IMG/VR virus record: IMGVR_UViG_3300033146_002768
Span: 1-64,000 of that record
Strand: one strand, 5' to 3'
Length of the DNA stretch: 64,000 nt
The notes beneath the pieces are model-generated. The model was not told the origin of the DNA. It was given only the letters and a program-made list of their open reading frames with translations, and did not search any database. Shown piece by piece: positions 45,291 to 55,117 of the stretch (positions are counted from its first letter, which is position 1; each line of letters opens with the position of its first letter). The position numbers were made by a program, and so were the translations under genes.

Positions 45291-48011
45291 ATGCCAACAT
45301 TATTAAATTTTGAAGAATTTTGTGAAGATTTGAAAGAGATAACTACAACCAAGTATCTTAATAAAAAACAATTTCATCCAGAAGGATTGTTTTCAGAACA
45401 GATATTTGGTCCATCTAAAAACTATACATGCCAGTGTGGAACATATTGGGGAATTTCTGGATCAGGTGGTACTTGTGCAACATGTGAAGTTGATGTTGTA
45501 AATAGCAATGTTAGACGTAAAAGATTTGCTAAGATAATTCTACCAGTTCCAGTTGTTAATCCATTATTCTATGATCTTGTTTGTGATCTTGGCGGACGTC
45601 AGGTCAAAGCTGCTTTAGATCAACTCATGAAAGATGAGAATAGTATAATGATTTTTGATGAAGAAGAGCAAGAATGGCTTGTAGAAAAACAAGATCCAGA
45701 GAATATTGATAGAAATGCTTTAGTTGGAACAAATGCAATTCAAGTTTTGATTGAAGATTTGACTGATGCAGTATTAGCAGCAGGTGATACAACTTGGGAA
45801 GTTATTAAAGATAATATTGATCAATTGATTATAAGTCATGTTGTTGTTCTTCCTCCTGATTTAAGACCAGCTTCTAAAAAGGTTAGTCGAAAAGGTCAGG
45901 TATCATCTGATAAAATCAATAGATTTTATACTCAGATATTAACAAAGAAAGAAGCATTTGCTGAAACTAATTGTGATGTTAGAGTTGATAGAAATTTATA
46001 TTATAATTACTATCGACAATTACAAAAAGATGTTAATGAACTTTATGCATTTATACTTGAGAAAATGTCAAAAAAAGAAGGATTGATTCGTGGTAATATT
46101 CTTGGTAAGCGAATTGATTTCTCTGGTAGAGCAGTAATTGTTCCTGATCCAACTTTAAATATGGATCAATGTTCATTACCATACTTGATGTTTCTTGAAT
46201 TATTTAAGTTGAAAATTGCAAAGAAAATTATTGATCTTGGTAGATTTAAAAAGATTAATAATGCAATTGATTTTATTGATGATTGTATTGAGATTAATAA
46301 TCCTGTATTATTTAATACTTGTGAAGAGATTGCTGTAGATGAAGTATGTATTTTAAATCGTCAACCTTCTTTGCATAGATTAAGTTTATTGGGATACAGA
46401 ACCAAAGTTTCTTTAGATAAAGTTATTAAGATTCACCCTCTTTCATGTCCTCCATTTAATGCGGATTTTGATGGTGATCAAATGGCTGTATATATTCCAA
46501 TCAGTGAAGAAAGTAAACAAGAAGTATTAGATAGATTACTAGTTATTAGAAATCTAACTAACCCTTCAAATGGTAGTTTGTCAACCACACCAAGTCAAGA
46601 TGTTATACTTGGACTATATGCTGTGTCTCATGAAGTATTTGAAGATTTACAGTATGATGTTGAATGTAAAGGTAAAACGATTAAAGCTGATAGAGCTTTA
46701 TTGAATGATTGTTTTCCAGAAGATTATCCAGTTATTGATGAACATGTTGGCGGAAAAAGAATTAAAGAAATTTTAAGTGATATAAATTTCAGATATTCAA
46801 ATGAAATAACAGCAGATGTGTTGGATAAGATTAAGTTCCTTGGTTTTAAATACTCCACATTATTTGGAGCAACACTTTCATTAGATGAAATGTTCATAGA
46901 AGGTTGTTATGAAAAACGTGATTCATTATATGCGGGTGAAACAATAATGGAACAGTTAGAGATGGTATCTAATGATGAAACAACTCAATATCTTAGAGAT
47001 AATTTTAATTATGCTTATATGGTAGAGTCTGGTGCCAGAGGTAGTTGGGATCAGGTAAGACAGATAGTATTAACTCGAGGTTTCATCTCAAATTTTAGAG
47101 GTGAAATTATTGAAAGACCGATTAAACATAGTTTCATAAATGGTCTTACTCCTCAAGAGTTCTTTGATTCAACTAATGGTAGCCGTAAAGGATTACTTGA
47201 TGTTGCATTGAATACTGGTACATCTGGATATCTATCAAGAAAGTTAATCTTTACCTGCGCTAATCTTCAAATTGATAGAACATTTGATGATTGCGGAACA
47301 ACTGATCTTCTTCAAGTATTTGTTGATAATGAGAAGAAAGCTAAAATGTTAATCGGTAAACATTTTATGGAAAGTGGTAATCTTATTAAAATGACTGAGT
47401 ATAACTATCTTGGTTATGTTGGTAAGACAATTGAAATTAGAAGTCCTATATTTTGTAAAAATGATAAGGTTTGTAAAACTTGTTATGGTGAATTACATGA
47501 AGTAATTGATACTGATTTTATTGGGGTAATTGCAGCTCAGAGTCTTGGGGAATGTAATACTCAGTTGGTATTGAGAACTTTTCATACATCAGGTGTTGCA
47601 GTTGTTGGTAAGAATAATGAAGATGGTTCTAATGATATGAAACAACAGGATATTGTTGCTGATTTATCTACAGTATCAAAACTTCTTCATAAATTTCCAA
47701 AAGATACAACTCCAGCAGCTTTGGTTGCCAAATTATATACTTGTTATAACAGTAGTAGAACTATTCATCATGTTCATTTTGAATGTGTTGTGTCTCAGTT
47801 GATGTGGTTTGGTACTTCTAAATGGAGATTAGTTGACAATAGAGAGAATGTTGTACCTAAGTACCTTTCTGTTCAAACTGTCCCATCAAATGAAAGTTGG
47901 CTAATGGGATTAGCATTCTCTAATCCAAAGAAGCATATAATCAAGGGTATTTTAGAATCTGGTTTATATCATGGAGTTATGGATAAAATACTCTGTGGAG
48001 AAGAAGTTTAA
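45291..48011 (+). CDS. rpoC: RNA polymerase beta' subunit (set 2), intact
   Basis: GLFSEQIFG, CQCG..CATC, PP.LRP, GKRIDFSGR, NRQPSLH, NADFDGDQM, TSGYLSRKL, RTFH. Confidence 0.97.
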   Translation: MPTLLNFEEFCEDLKEITTTKYLNKKQFHPEGLFSEQIFGPSKNYTCQCGTYWGISGSGGTCATCEVDVVNSNVRRKRFAKIILPVPVVNPLFYDLVCDLGGRQVKAALDQLMKDENSIMIFDEEEQEWLVEKQDPENIDRNALVGTNAIQVLIEDLTDAVLAAGDTTWEVIKDNIDQLIISHVVVLPPDLRPASKKVSRKGQVSSDKINRFYTQILTKKEAFAETNCDVRVDRNLYYNYYRQLQKDVNELYAFILEKMSKKEGLIRGNILGKRIDFSGRAVIVPDPTLNMDQCSLPYLMFLELFKLKIAKKIIDLGRFKKINNAIDFIDDCIEINNPVLFNTCEEIAVDEVCILNRQPSLHRLSLLGYRTKVSLDKVIKIHPLSCPPFNADFDGDQMAVYIPISEESKQEVLDRLLVIRNLTNPSNGSLSTTPSQDVILGLYAVSHEVFEDLQYDVECKGKTIKADRALLNDCFPEDYPVIDEHVGGKRIKEILSDINFRYSNEITADVLDKIKFLGFKYSTLFGATLSLDEMFIEGCYEKRDSLYAGETIMEQLEMVSNDETTQYLRDNFNYAYMVESGARGSWDQVRQIVLTRGFISNFRGEIIERPIKHSFINGLTPQEFFDSTNGSRKGLLDVALNTGTSGYLSRKLIFTCANLQIDRTFDDCGTTDLLQVFVDNEKKAKMLIGKHFMESGNLIKMTEYNYLGYVGKTIEIRSPIFCKNDKVCKTCYGELHEVIDTDFIGVIAAQSLGECNTQLVLRTFHTSGVAVVGKNNEDGSNDMKQQDIVADLSTVSKLLHKFPKDTTPAALVAKLYTCYNSSRTIHHVHFECVVSQLMWFGTSKWRLVDNRENVVPKYLSVQTVPSNESWLMGLAFSNPKKHIIKGILESGLYHGVMDKILCGEEV

Positions 48012-48035
48012 ACGTAAATAATAGGAGAAAGAATT

Positions 48036-51000
48036 TTGACTATAGAAAATCCGATATATAAAGTTGGCGATGAAAGAAATCATATCTTTAGTATTCGACA
48101 GCAAGAGTATGCAGCTCTTTTGGAGAATGTACGACAGATACTGATCCCAGCAGAAGAATTAGGATTTGATCTAGTAGAATATAGATTGAAAGAGCCTAGA
48201 TTTTCAAACGGTGAAATTTGTAAAACAATTAAAAAGAACCTTATTATAAGGTTTCAGAAAGGTACCTCAAAGATTGATTTATCAATGCAAGTTCCTACAT
48301 TGATAAATGATAACTATATTGTTATTAACGGAAGACAGAAAATACCATTATTTCAGTTGTTCGATATTCCTATTGTTACAAGAGGGAAGAGTATTAAGAT
48401 AAGAACAAATGTTGCAACATTAATGATATTTCCACAAAAAGAAGCGCCATATATCTATATCAGCATTTTGGGTAGAAAAGTTCCTTTACACCTTATAATG
48501 TTTGGTTATTATGGAATTGAAGAAATGAATGAACGTTTTGGTCTATCTGATATGGCTGATGCGCCAATGGTTGATAATTTGGATCCAAAAGATCCAAGGT
48601 TACTTTATACAAAATTAATCTATGATTTAAAAATGTTTTATGATGATTCAAGAGGAATAACTCAAGATGATATCATAAAAGAGATTGGGAGAAATTATTC
48701 TCAATACAATGCTAAATCTAAAGGTGAAGATATAATTTATGCTATAGATTTAATTTTGAAAGTAGATCCTATTTCAGCCGAGTTCTTTGAAACTGGAAAT
48801 CTCCTTGATGAAATTGTTAAAACATTAGATGATGGTTATCTTGATGATACTCTTTTGACGAATAAAAGAATTAGATGTTTTGAATATGTTGTATTAGCAA
48901 AAATATCCAAAGCAGTATTTGATATGTGTATGTCAAATAGAACAGCAAGACAACCTAAATTCAATGTTAACTCAACTATGATATTATCTGAGTGTAATGT
49001 ATCTGACATTGTCCAATTTGATTTTGCTATAAATCCAATTGATGAATTAACTAAGTTAAGCAGGACTAGTTTAGTTGGTCCTGGAGGTTTTAATCGACAG
49101 AATGTCCCAGAACATTTAAGGGATATTATGCCAAGTATGTTTGGTAGGTTGTGTCCTGTAGATACTCCTGATAGAGATAATTGTGGTGTTCTACAAAATT
49201 TGATTCCAAATGTTCCTCTTGATGATAATGGTAGATTTAATGAATATTATCTTGAGAAACAACCTATATCAATTCCAGTATCTTTAGTACCATTTCTGGA
49301 ACATGATGACCAGACAAGATTACAAATGGCATCTTCACAAATGAGACAAGCAATTATGTTACAAAACTTTGACCAACCAATGATTAAATCTGGTTGTGAA
49401 AGTTTATATACTAAATATACTCAGTTTGTTAAGATTGCAAAGAAATCCGGAAAAGTTATACATCTGGATAGTAATTACATTATCGCTTTATACGATGATA
49501 AAACAATTGATATATTTGATGTTACATATAGAAAAATCTATATATCAAATTTAGATGTATTTAATGTATATGTTAAACATGGTGACAAATTTAATGCTGG
49601 AGATATTTTAGCAGAAAGTAATTTTTGTAAAGATGGTAGCATTAATATTGGAAAAAATCTTCTAACTGCAGTTATGGTTTATTATGGCTACAATTATGAG
49701 GATGGAATTATCATATCAGAGAGACTTCAGAAAGAAGGGGTTTTCACATCTGTTCATTTTGAGGATATGTCGTTTGATATTCCAATGAGTAAAGTTCTTC
49801 TAACTTTAGATGATAAAGGAAGTTATATGCCGATTCCTAAAGTTGGAGATAGAATTGCTAAAGGACAACCTTATGCAATTATGAAAGAATTTCCAAATCA
49901 ACAAATGGACTTCTTTGATATATTTAAAGAAGAACAGAAGAAACTATCCAAACAAAATGTTATTATTACTGAGGTTAATTTATATGTGAATCAATGGTGC
50001 ACAGATATACCTCAGTACAATGATTGGGTTGAAAAAATCATTAAGGAACAACAAGATGAAGAGTTAAAAATTAAGATTATAATTGAAGAAAATCTTGAAA
50101 AAGATAAGGTCAAGAATTTCATCAAACAAAATAATCTTGACTTGTTTGATAACGTAGGAAAATTTAAAATGAAGGGTGAAGAAATCCCTGGTATTAGAGT
50201 TGAAATGTTTGGAATCTTTTTTAGACCTATTCAGATTGGGGATAAAATAGGCAACAGACATGGTAATAAAGGTGTAATTTCAAATATTATACCTCATGAG
50301 AAAATGCCAATGTTACCCGATGGAAGACATGCTGACATAATTGTAAATCCTTTAGGTACTATTTCAAGGATGAATGTTGGGCAATTGTTTGAATATCATA
50401 TGGGGATGTCTTTATATGATCTTAAAGTTCATATGAAAAAGATTATTAAAAAAGAAGATGAATCAGTTAAAGCTCATAGCTTATCTGAAAATCAAATTCA
50501 ATTACTTGTTAAAGAATATGTTATTGGTTATATAAATATTATTGATAACTCAGATGATAAATGGTATCTTGAACAATTTGAGGAACAATTGCCAGATGTA
50601 ATTGATGAAAAATGGATAGAAGAATTGTCTATTATTCAACCTCCATTTGAGTCAGTAAATATGATTAAAATAAGAGAAGCATTGTCTTATACAGGTACTC
50701 AATTTAAGTATGATATTTTTGATCCTCAATCTGATAAAATGATTCAACAACAAATAGCTTGTGGTTATGGTTATTTCTTTAAGATGGTTCATATTTCCGA
50801 AACACGATTAGCTGCAAGAGGTATTGGGTCATATGCAAGAAAGACTCTGCAACCATTAGCTGGTCGTAAGAATAAAGGTGGTCAAAGATGTGGTGAAATG
50901 GAAACTGCTGCATTAATTGGACATGGAGCTGTTGTTAATTTAAGAGAATTTTTAACAACTAAATCTGATTGTATTGATCTTAAAAATAGATATATTAGAG

Positions 51001-51122
51001 ATCAATTAGATTCTAATTTGGGTAAGGTTGATGATGAAGCTGAAGAAGATTCTATTGTTCCAGAATCAGTTAAACTATTACATGCAAATTTAATTGCATT
51101 AGGATTAAAAAGAGAGGATTAA
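48036..51122 (+). CDS. rpoB: RNA polymerase beta subunit (set 2)
   Basis: CPVDTPD, QMRQA, GYNYEDG, GDKIGNRHGNKG, SRMNVGQ, GGQRCGEME. Confidence 0.96.
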   Translation: MTIENPIYKVGDERNHIFSIRQQEYAALLENVRQILIPAEELGFDLVEYRLKEPRFSNGEICKTIKKNLIIRFQKGTSKIDLSMQVPTLINDNYIVINGRQKIPLFQLFDIPIVTRGKSIKIRTNVATLMIFPQKEAPYIYISILGRKVPLHLIMFGYYGIEEMNERFGLSDMADAPMVDNLDPKDPRLLYTKLIYDLKMFYDDSRGITQDDIIKEIGRNYSQYNAKSKGEDIIYAIDLILKVDPISAEFFETGNLLDEIVKTLDDGYLDDTLLTNKRIRCFEYVVLAKISKAVFDMCMSNRTARQPKFNVNSTMILSECNVSDIVQFDFAINPIDELTKLSRTSLVGPGGFNRQNVPEHLRDIMPSMFGRLCPVDTPDRDNCGVLQNLIPNVPLDDNGRFNEYYLEKQPISIPVSLVPFLEHDDQTRLQMASSQMRQAIMLQNFDQPMIKSGCESLYTKYTQFVKIAKKSGKVIHLDSNYIIALYDDKTIDIFDVTYRKIYISNLDVFNVYVKHGDKFNAGDILAESNFCKDGSINIGKNLLTAVMVYYGYNYEDGIIISERLQKEGVFTSVHFEDMSFDIPMSKVLLTLDDKGSYMPIPKVGDRIAKGQPYAIMKEFPNQQMDFFDIFKEEQKKLSKQNVIITEVNLYVNQWCTDIPQYNDWVEKIIKEQQDEELKIKIIIEENLEKDKVKNFIKQNNLDLFDNVGKFKMKGEEIPGIRVEMFGIFFRPIQIGDKIGNRHGNKGVISNIIPHEKMPMLPDGRHADIIVNPLGTISRMNVGQLFEYHMGMSLYDLKVHMKKIIKKEDESVKAHSLSENQIQLLVKEYVIGYINIIDNSDDKWYLEQFEEQLPDVIDEKWIEELSIIQPPFESVNMIKIREALSYTGTQFKYDIFDPQSDKMIQQQIACGYGYFFKMVHISETRLAARGIGSYARKTLQPLAGRKNKGGQRCGEMETAALIGHGAVVNLREFLTTKSDCIDLKNRYIRDQLDSNLGKVDDEAEEDSIVPESVKLLHANLIALGLKRED

Positions 51123-51584
51123 ATGAAACGGCTAGCCTTAATGATAGGTATAGCTGGTTGTGGAAAAAGCACTTTTGTTAATGATAAGTTGACAAAAAAA
51201 TACCAAGTGTTATGTCTTGATGATATGAGACTAGCACTTGGTAGTGCTTATGATCCAAAAACAGAACCAGTTGTATATATGGTAGTTGATGTTCAAGCAA
51301 GAGCATTAATGGAAAGAGGTCTTCCAATAGTTGTTGACTCAACATGTTGTCAAATAAATATTGTGAAGAAATGGAAAAAATTGGCTGAGGAGTATGGATA
51401 TGATTTAGTTGGAGTTCATATCAATACTAAATTTGATATTTGTAGTAAACGACGAGTTGATCAAATTCCTTCTTATGTTTTAATAAGAATGTATAATGAT
51501 CTTACTGAATTATTAGAAGTTAAAGATGAATTATTTGATAAATTCATAACTATCAATGATAAAGGAAATAAAATCAATGGCTGA
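51123..51584 (+). CDS. P-loop kinase (AAA_33/polynucleotide kinase-like)
   Basis: GIAGCGKS, DD.R, VVDST, R...IP..V+.RM. Confidence 0.8.
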   Translation: MKRLALMIGIAGCGKSTFVNDKLTKKYQVLCLDDMRLALGSAYDPKTEPVVYMVVDVQARALMERGLPIVVDSTCCQINIVKKWKKLAEEYGYDLVGVHINTKFDICSKRRVDQIPSYVLIRMYNDLTELLEVKDELFDKFITINDKGNKING

Positions 51585-51822
51585 ATTATCAACTGATGAA
51601 AAAAATAAAATACATCAGAAAGAAATTTTAGAATTTTTAAAATATCTTATTGAAAATCCTGATCATGAGATTAGGATTTCTGATATGTATGGTGAAGGTG
51701 AAGCTTTAATTAAAAAGGATGATATACTTCCATGGTTTAAAATATGGAATGATCCTGATAGTGAAAGCATTTTCTTTGATTTTGATGATATTCTTAAAGC
51801 TTTAGGTTTAAGAGAGGATTAA
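51577..51822 (+). CDS. Hypothetical protein
   Basis: ORF ends ALGLRED*, like RpoB set 2 (ALGLKRED*). Confidence 0.55.
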   Translation: MAELSTDEKNKIHQKEILEFLKYLIENPDHEIRISDMYGEGEALIKKDDILPWFKIWNDPDSESIFFDFDDILKALGLRED

Positions 51823-51823
51823 T

Positions 51824-52669
51824 ATGAGTAATGATTTACCAGATATACAAGGAACACAACCAGCTATTCAAATCCCTATAAGAGAGGTTGGGGTTGGTAA
51901 TGTTCAAGTTCCATTTATTATGGAACCTATGTATGGAGATAAAGCAATCTCAATGGTTGCTAATGTTTCTATGAGAACTAATTTAGAAGCTGATGTTAAG
52001 GGAATTTCAATGTCAAGATTGATTAGAACATTGAAAAAATATTTAGATCTTCCTTTAAAAAAGGTTTTGATAAAACGAATTCTTGTGGACTTAATGAAAA
52101 ATGTTGGATCAACAGAAAGTTATATGAGATTTGATTTTCTTTATCCAATAATTAGAAAGTCAGTGTTGTCGGATAATGAATTTCCAATATTTCATCAATG
52201 TAGATTTGAAGGACAAATGAGAGGAGATAACTTTAAATTCTTTCAGGGAGCAAATGTTCAATATGCTTCTTATTGTCCTTGTAGTGCTGAATTGTCAGGG
52301 CATCTTGAACAGAATGGACTCAAGGGATTTCCTCATGCCCAAAGATCATTTGCTAATATAATGATTGAAGGTGAGAAAGACTCTTATATCTGGCTTGAGG
52401 ACATTATAGAGTCCGTTGAGAGAGCAATAAAAACAATTCCATATCCTATTATCAAACGGGTAGATGAACAAGAGATCGCTCGTATTGCGGCAGAAAATCC
52501 TATATTTGTTGAAGATGCAATTAGACAAATAAGTGTTGAATTAGATAATATGCCAGTTTATGATTGGATTGTTAAATGTTCTCATGAAGAAAGTATTCAT
52601 ACATCAGAAGCTATTGCTGTTAACTGGAAAGGTTTGACTGGCGGATTTGATTATAAATTCTTTCTATAA
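51824..52669 (+). CDS. folE2: GTP cyclohydrolase FolE2/MptA family
   Basis: LPDIQ, KGISMSR, CPCS, HAQRS, KRVDE, NPIFVED, EESIH...A. Confidence 0.92.
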   Translation: MSNDLPDIQGTQPAIQIPIREVGVGNVQVPFIMEPMYGDKAISMVANVSMRTNLEADVKGISMSRLIRTLKKYLDLPLKKVLIKRILVDLMKNVGSTESYMRFDFLYPIIRKSVLSDNEFPIFHQCRFEGQMRGDNFKFFQGANVQYASYCPCSAELSGHLEQNGLKGFPHAQRSFANIMIEGEKDSYIWLEDIIESVERAIKTIPYPIIKRVDEQEIARIAAENPIFVEDAIRQISVELDNMPVYDWIVKCSHEESIHTSEAIAVNWKGLTGGFDYKFFL

Positions 52670-52671
52670 GA

Positions 52672-52914
52672 GTGTCAGGAGAAACACTCAGAATTAAAGT
52701 TGGCGATATTGTTAAACTTCAAACTCATGATTTTAGAAAAGAAGTTCAAGGTCAATTTGGTGTAACATTAGAAAGATATAAAATTATAAAAGAAAAGGTA
52801 AATGGTACCTTTACAGATTATAATGCAGTAGTTTTAATAACAACTGGTAAATTAAAAGGGCAATTGTATCATGTTGGTCCTTATAGATTATCAGGGTTAA
52901 GTCATCATATATAA
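52672..52914 (+). CDS. Small KOW/SH3-like hypothetical protein
   Basis: IKVGDIV motif. Confidence 0.5.
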   Translation: MSGETLRIKVGDIVKLQTHDFRKEVQGQFGVTLERYKIIKEKVNGTFTDYNAVVLITTGKLKGQLYHVGPYRLSGLSHHI

Positions 52915-52927
52915 AGGAGAATTAAAA

Positions 52928-54079
52928 ATGGCAAAAGAAAGAAAACATGTAGCGGCAACATTAAAAACTATCCTCGATAACCCGACTATGCAATTCATTA
53001 TGGACAGAACACTTCCATTAGATGATGTTGTTGATTTGGTTCAGAAATACTGGACAGTTGATATGTATACCAGAAAACCTGGTCCTGCTTTAGTAAATGG
53101 CATATTTGAAGGAACTGATTTGGATTTAGCAGTATTTCTTACAGGTCTTGCAGATAGAGGCGCAGTATTGAATCTTCCAAGATATAAAGCAATGAGACCA
53201 TCAACAATTCGAGAAGGTGAAAGACTTTCATCTAAAGAAAATCGACATGGAAAGATTCTTGGATTAGTCTCAAACAAGGAAGTTTTCAGTTTCTCTCTTA
53301 GGATTCAAGATATGAATGTAATGACATCTGAATCTGTTGGTGAACCAAGAACATTTTCTGTAACGACTCCAGATGGAAACTGGTACGATGGTTGGGATAG
53401 AATTGAGTGGGATCCTTCTGCAGATGAAAATAAGTTTCTAACTGAGAATGACATTTGGACAGGAAACAAGGTAATTTTCAAACATTTCGTTCATCCAAAC
53501 AGATGGATCAGTATGTATGGACAACATTACTTTATGACCAAAGCTTTAATCGAAAGATTAACTGAGCAAGCTGCTGATAACTTCAAACAAATGAAGAAGA
53601 TGCAAGCTGATGGCATTGAGTATCCTGTTGAGGGAGAAAAAGGTGCACGAAAAGTATGGCCAAAGTCAACCAAAGAAGAAGGCAAATCAGTTAAATTTGA
53701 AACTCTTGAAGTTGAAATTGATTTTCCAATGTCTAATAAATATCCTCAGCTTGATAGTACTCAAGGAAATCTTGTATATCTGACTAATCAAAGAAAGTTC
53801 TGGAATAGCACAGTAATTCCAAATCTTAGATTTCAGACAAGAATCACTGAATACGCTTTCTATGACAATGGAATTAAAAATGCCGGTGGAGAAAAGATGC
53901 CAGCATGGTTATCAGGAGGAACTGTTTGGGAAAGAGATTTCAAACTTCCAAGAAAACAAATTAAATGGGACAGACTAAAACTTGTACAACCTGGAGTTGG
54001 TGAATTCTCAGTTGCAATCCGAAAAAGAATAAAAACAAAAGCTGAGATGATGGCAAAAAGTTTTGTAGGAGGACTTTAA
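52928..54079 (+). CDS. Hypothetical protein
   Basis: Long ORF with AAGGAG RBS. Confidence 0.75.
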   Translation: MAKERKHVAATLKTILDNPTMQFIMDRTLPLDDVVDLVQKYWTVDMYTRKPGPALVNGIFEGTDLDLAVFLTGLADRGAVLNLPRYKAMRPSTIREGERLSSKENRHGKILGLVSNKEVFSFSLRIQDMNVMTSESVGEPRTFSVTTPDGNWYDGWDRIEWDPSADENKFLTENDIWTGNKVIFKHFVHPNRWISMYGQHYFMTKALIERLTEQAADNFKQMKKMQADGIEYPVEGEKGARKVWPKSTKEEGKSVKFETLEVEIDFPMSNKYPQLDSTQGNLVYLTNQRKFWNSTVIPNLRFQTRITEYAFYDNGIKNAGGEKMPAWLSGGTVWERDFKLPRKQIKWDRLKLVQPGVGEFSVAIRKRIKTKAEMMAKSFVGGL

Positions 54080-54086
54080 TTCTAAT

Positions 54087-54242
54087 ATGAAAACCTTTAC
54101 TATTATGTTTTCTGATTTGAATGATGAAGCAAAGACTCAATTTCTTCAATTTGAAGGGGTTGAGTCTGTTTCTGAATTAAATACTGACTTGATTCCATTA
54201 GCAACAGTAACTCGAGAGGAGGAAATTAATGAAAGTGTTTGA
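54087..54242 (+). CDS. Small acidic protein (not in track)
   Basis: MKTFTIMFSDLNDEAKTQFLQFEG..., 51 aa. Confidence 0.55.
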   Translation: MKTFTIMFSDLNDEAKTQFLQFEGVESVSELNTDLIPLATVTREEEINESV

Positions 54243-54402
54243 AATACATTATGGTGATCTGTGTAGTGATGCAATGACAGCATTTATGGAATTTCATAAT
54301 ACTGAGTGTGCATCTGATCTTCCACTTGGACCAATAGTACATCTTGAAAAGGAGGAAGGAGAGGATGACAACGAGCAGAGAAACAATCCTGGAACTTTAT
54401 AA
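54229..54402 (+). CDS. Small acidic protein, paralog of 54087 (not in track)
   Basis: GAGGAGG RBS; MKVFEIHYGDLCSDAMTAFMEF..., 57 aa. Confidence 0.55.
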   Translation: MKVFEIHYGDLCSDAMTAFMEFHNTECASDLPLGPIVHLEKEEGEDDNEQRNNPGTL

Positions 54403-54766
54403 AAAAGAACGAACATATGAAGAACAGATTTTTGGAAATTATAAAAATGTTGAACATATGAACGTAGCCAGTTTGATTCTCATTATTGAAGAGTATTTAG
54501 ATAAAGCTAAAAAGGCTTATGTTGGCGATAAAGACAAATGGCAACATGAATTACCTGACTGGTTAATAGGTACTGATGAAAATGATGATGGACTCGAAGT
54601 AAGAAAAGTTCCAGTGAAAACTTATGAAGAATTAATTAAAGTTTTTGCATTATCTGGAGCAACTTTAGAAGCATTCGCAACCATTGATCCTGTACATTGG
54701 AGAGAAAATGGTATTAAAGAAAAATGGAATATGAACATAGAAGGAGTTAATCTTGGAAGAAAATAA
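54365..54766 (+). CDS. Hypothetical protein, possibly an all-alpha MazG-like fold
   Basis: ER.Y....FG; EELIKV.AL.GA.LE. Confidence 0.5.
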   Translation: MTTSRETILELYKKERTYEEQIFGNYKNVEHMNVASLILIIEEYLDKAKKAYVGDKDKWQHELPDWLIGTDENDDGLEVRKVPVKTYEELIKVFALSGATLEAFATIDPVHWRENGIKEKWNMNIEGVNLGRK

Positions 54767-55100
54767 AGAAAATGGAATTGTAATTGCTGAGCAGGATGAT
54801 AAAGTTGATCATTTAAAACCGATTAAAGATACAGTTGAATCTGTGGGTATTGAGATGCCTGATATGGTGGCTGTGGGCGATTTAACTGTTGATAAATCTG
54901 ATACTATGGTTATAAAAAACAGAGAAGAGATAGCCATGGTTGATGATATAGATAATAAACCAAAAGAAGTAACTAAAAAAGACATTCCTTTACCTGAAAT
55001 CGGAGAAAAGTTTATGTTAAAAGGTCATGAGTATAAAGTTATTTATATTAACTCAGGACAACATAGATTTTCTTGCGAACCTTGTAAAGGAGTATATTAA
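54753..55100 (+). CDS. Hypothetical protein
   Basis: AAGGAG RBS before TTG. Confidence 0.55.
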   Translation: MEENKENGIVIAEQDDKVDHLKPIKDTVESVGIEMPDMVAVGDLTVDKSDTMVIKNREEIAMVDDIDNKPKEVTKKDIPLPEIGEKFMLKGHEYKVIYINSGQHRFSCEPCKGVY

Positions 55101-55117
55101 AAGGAGGCAAGATTTTT

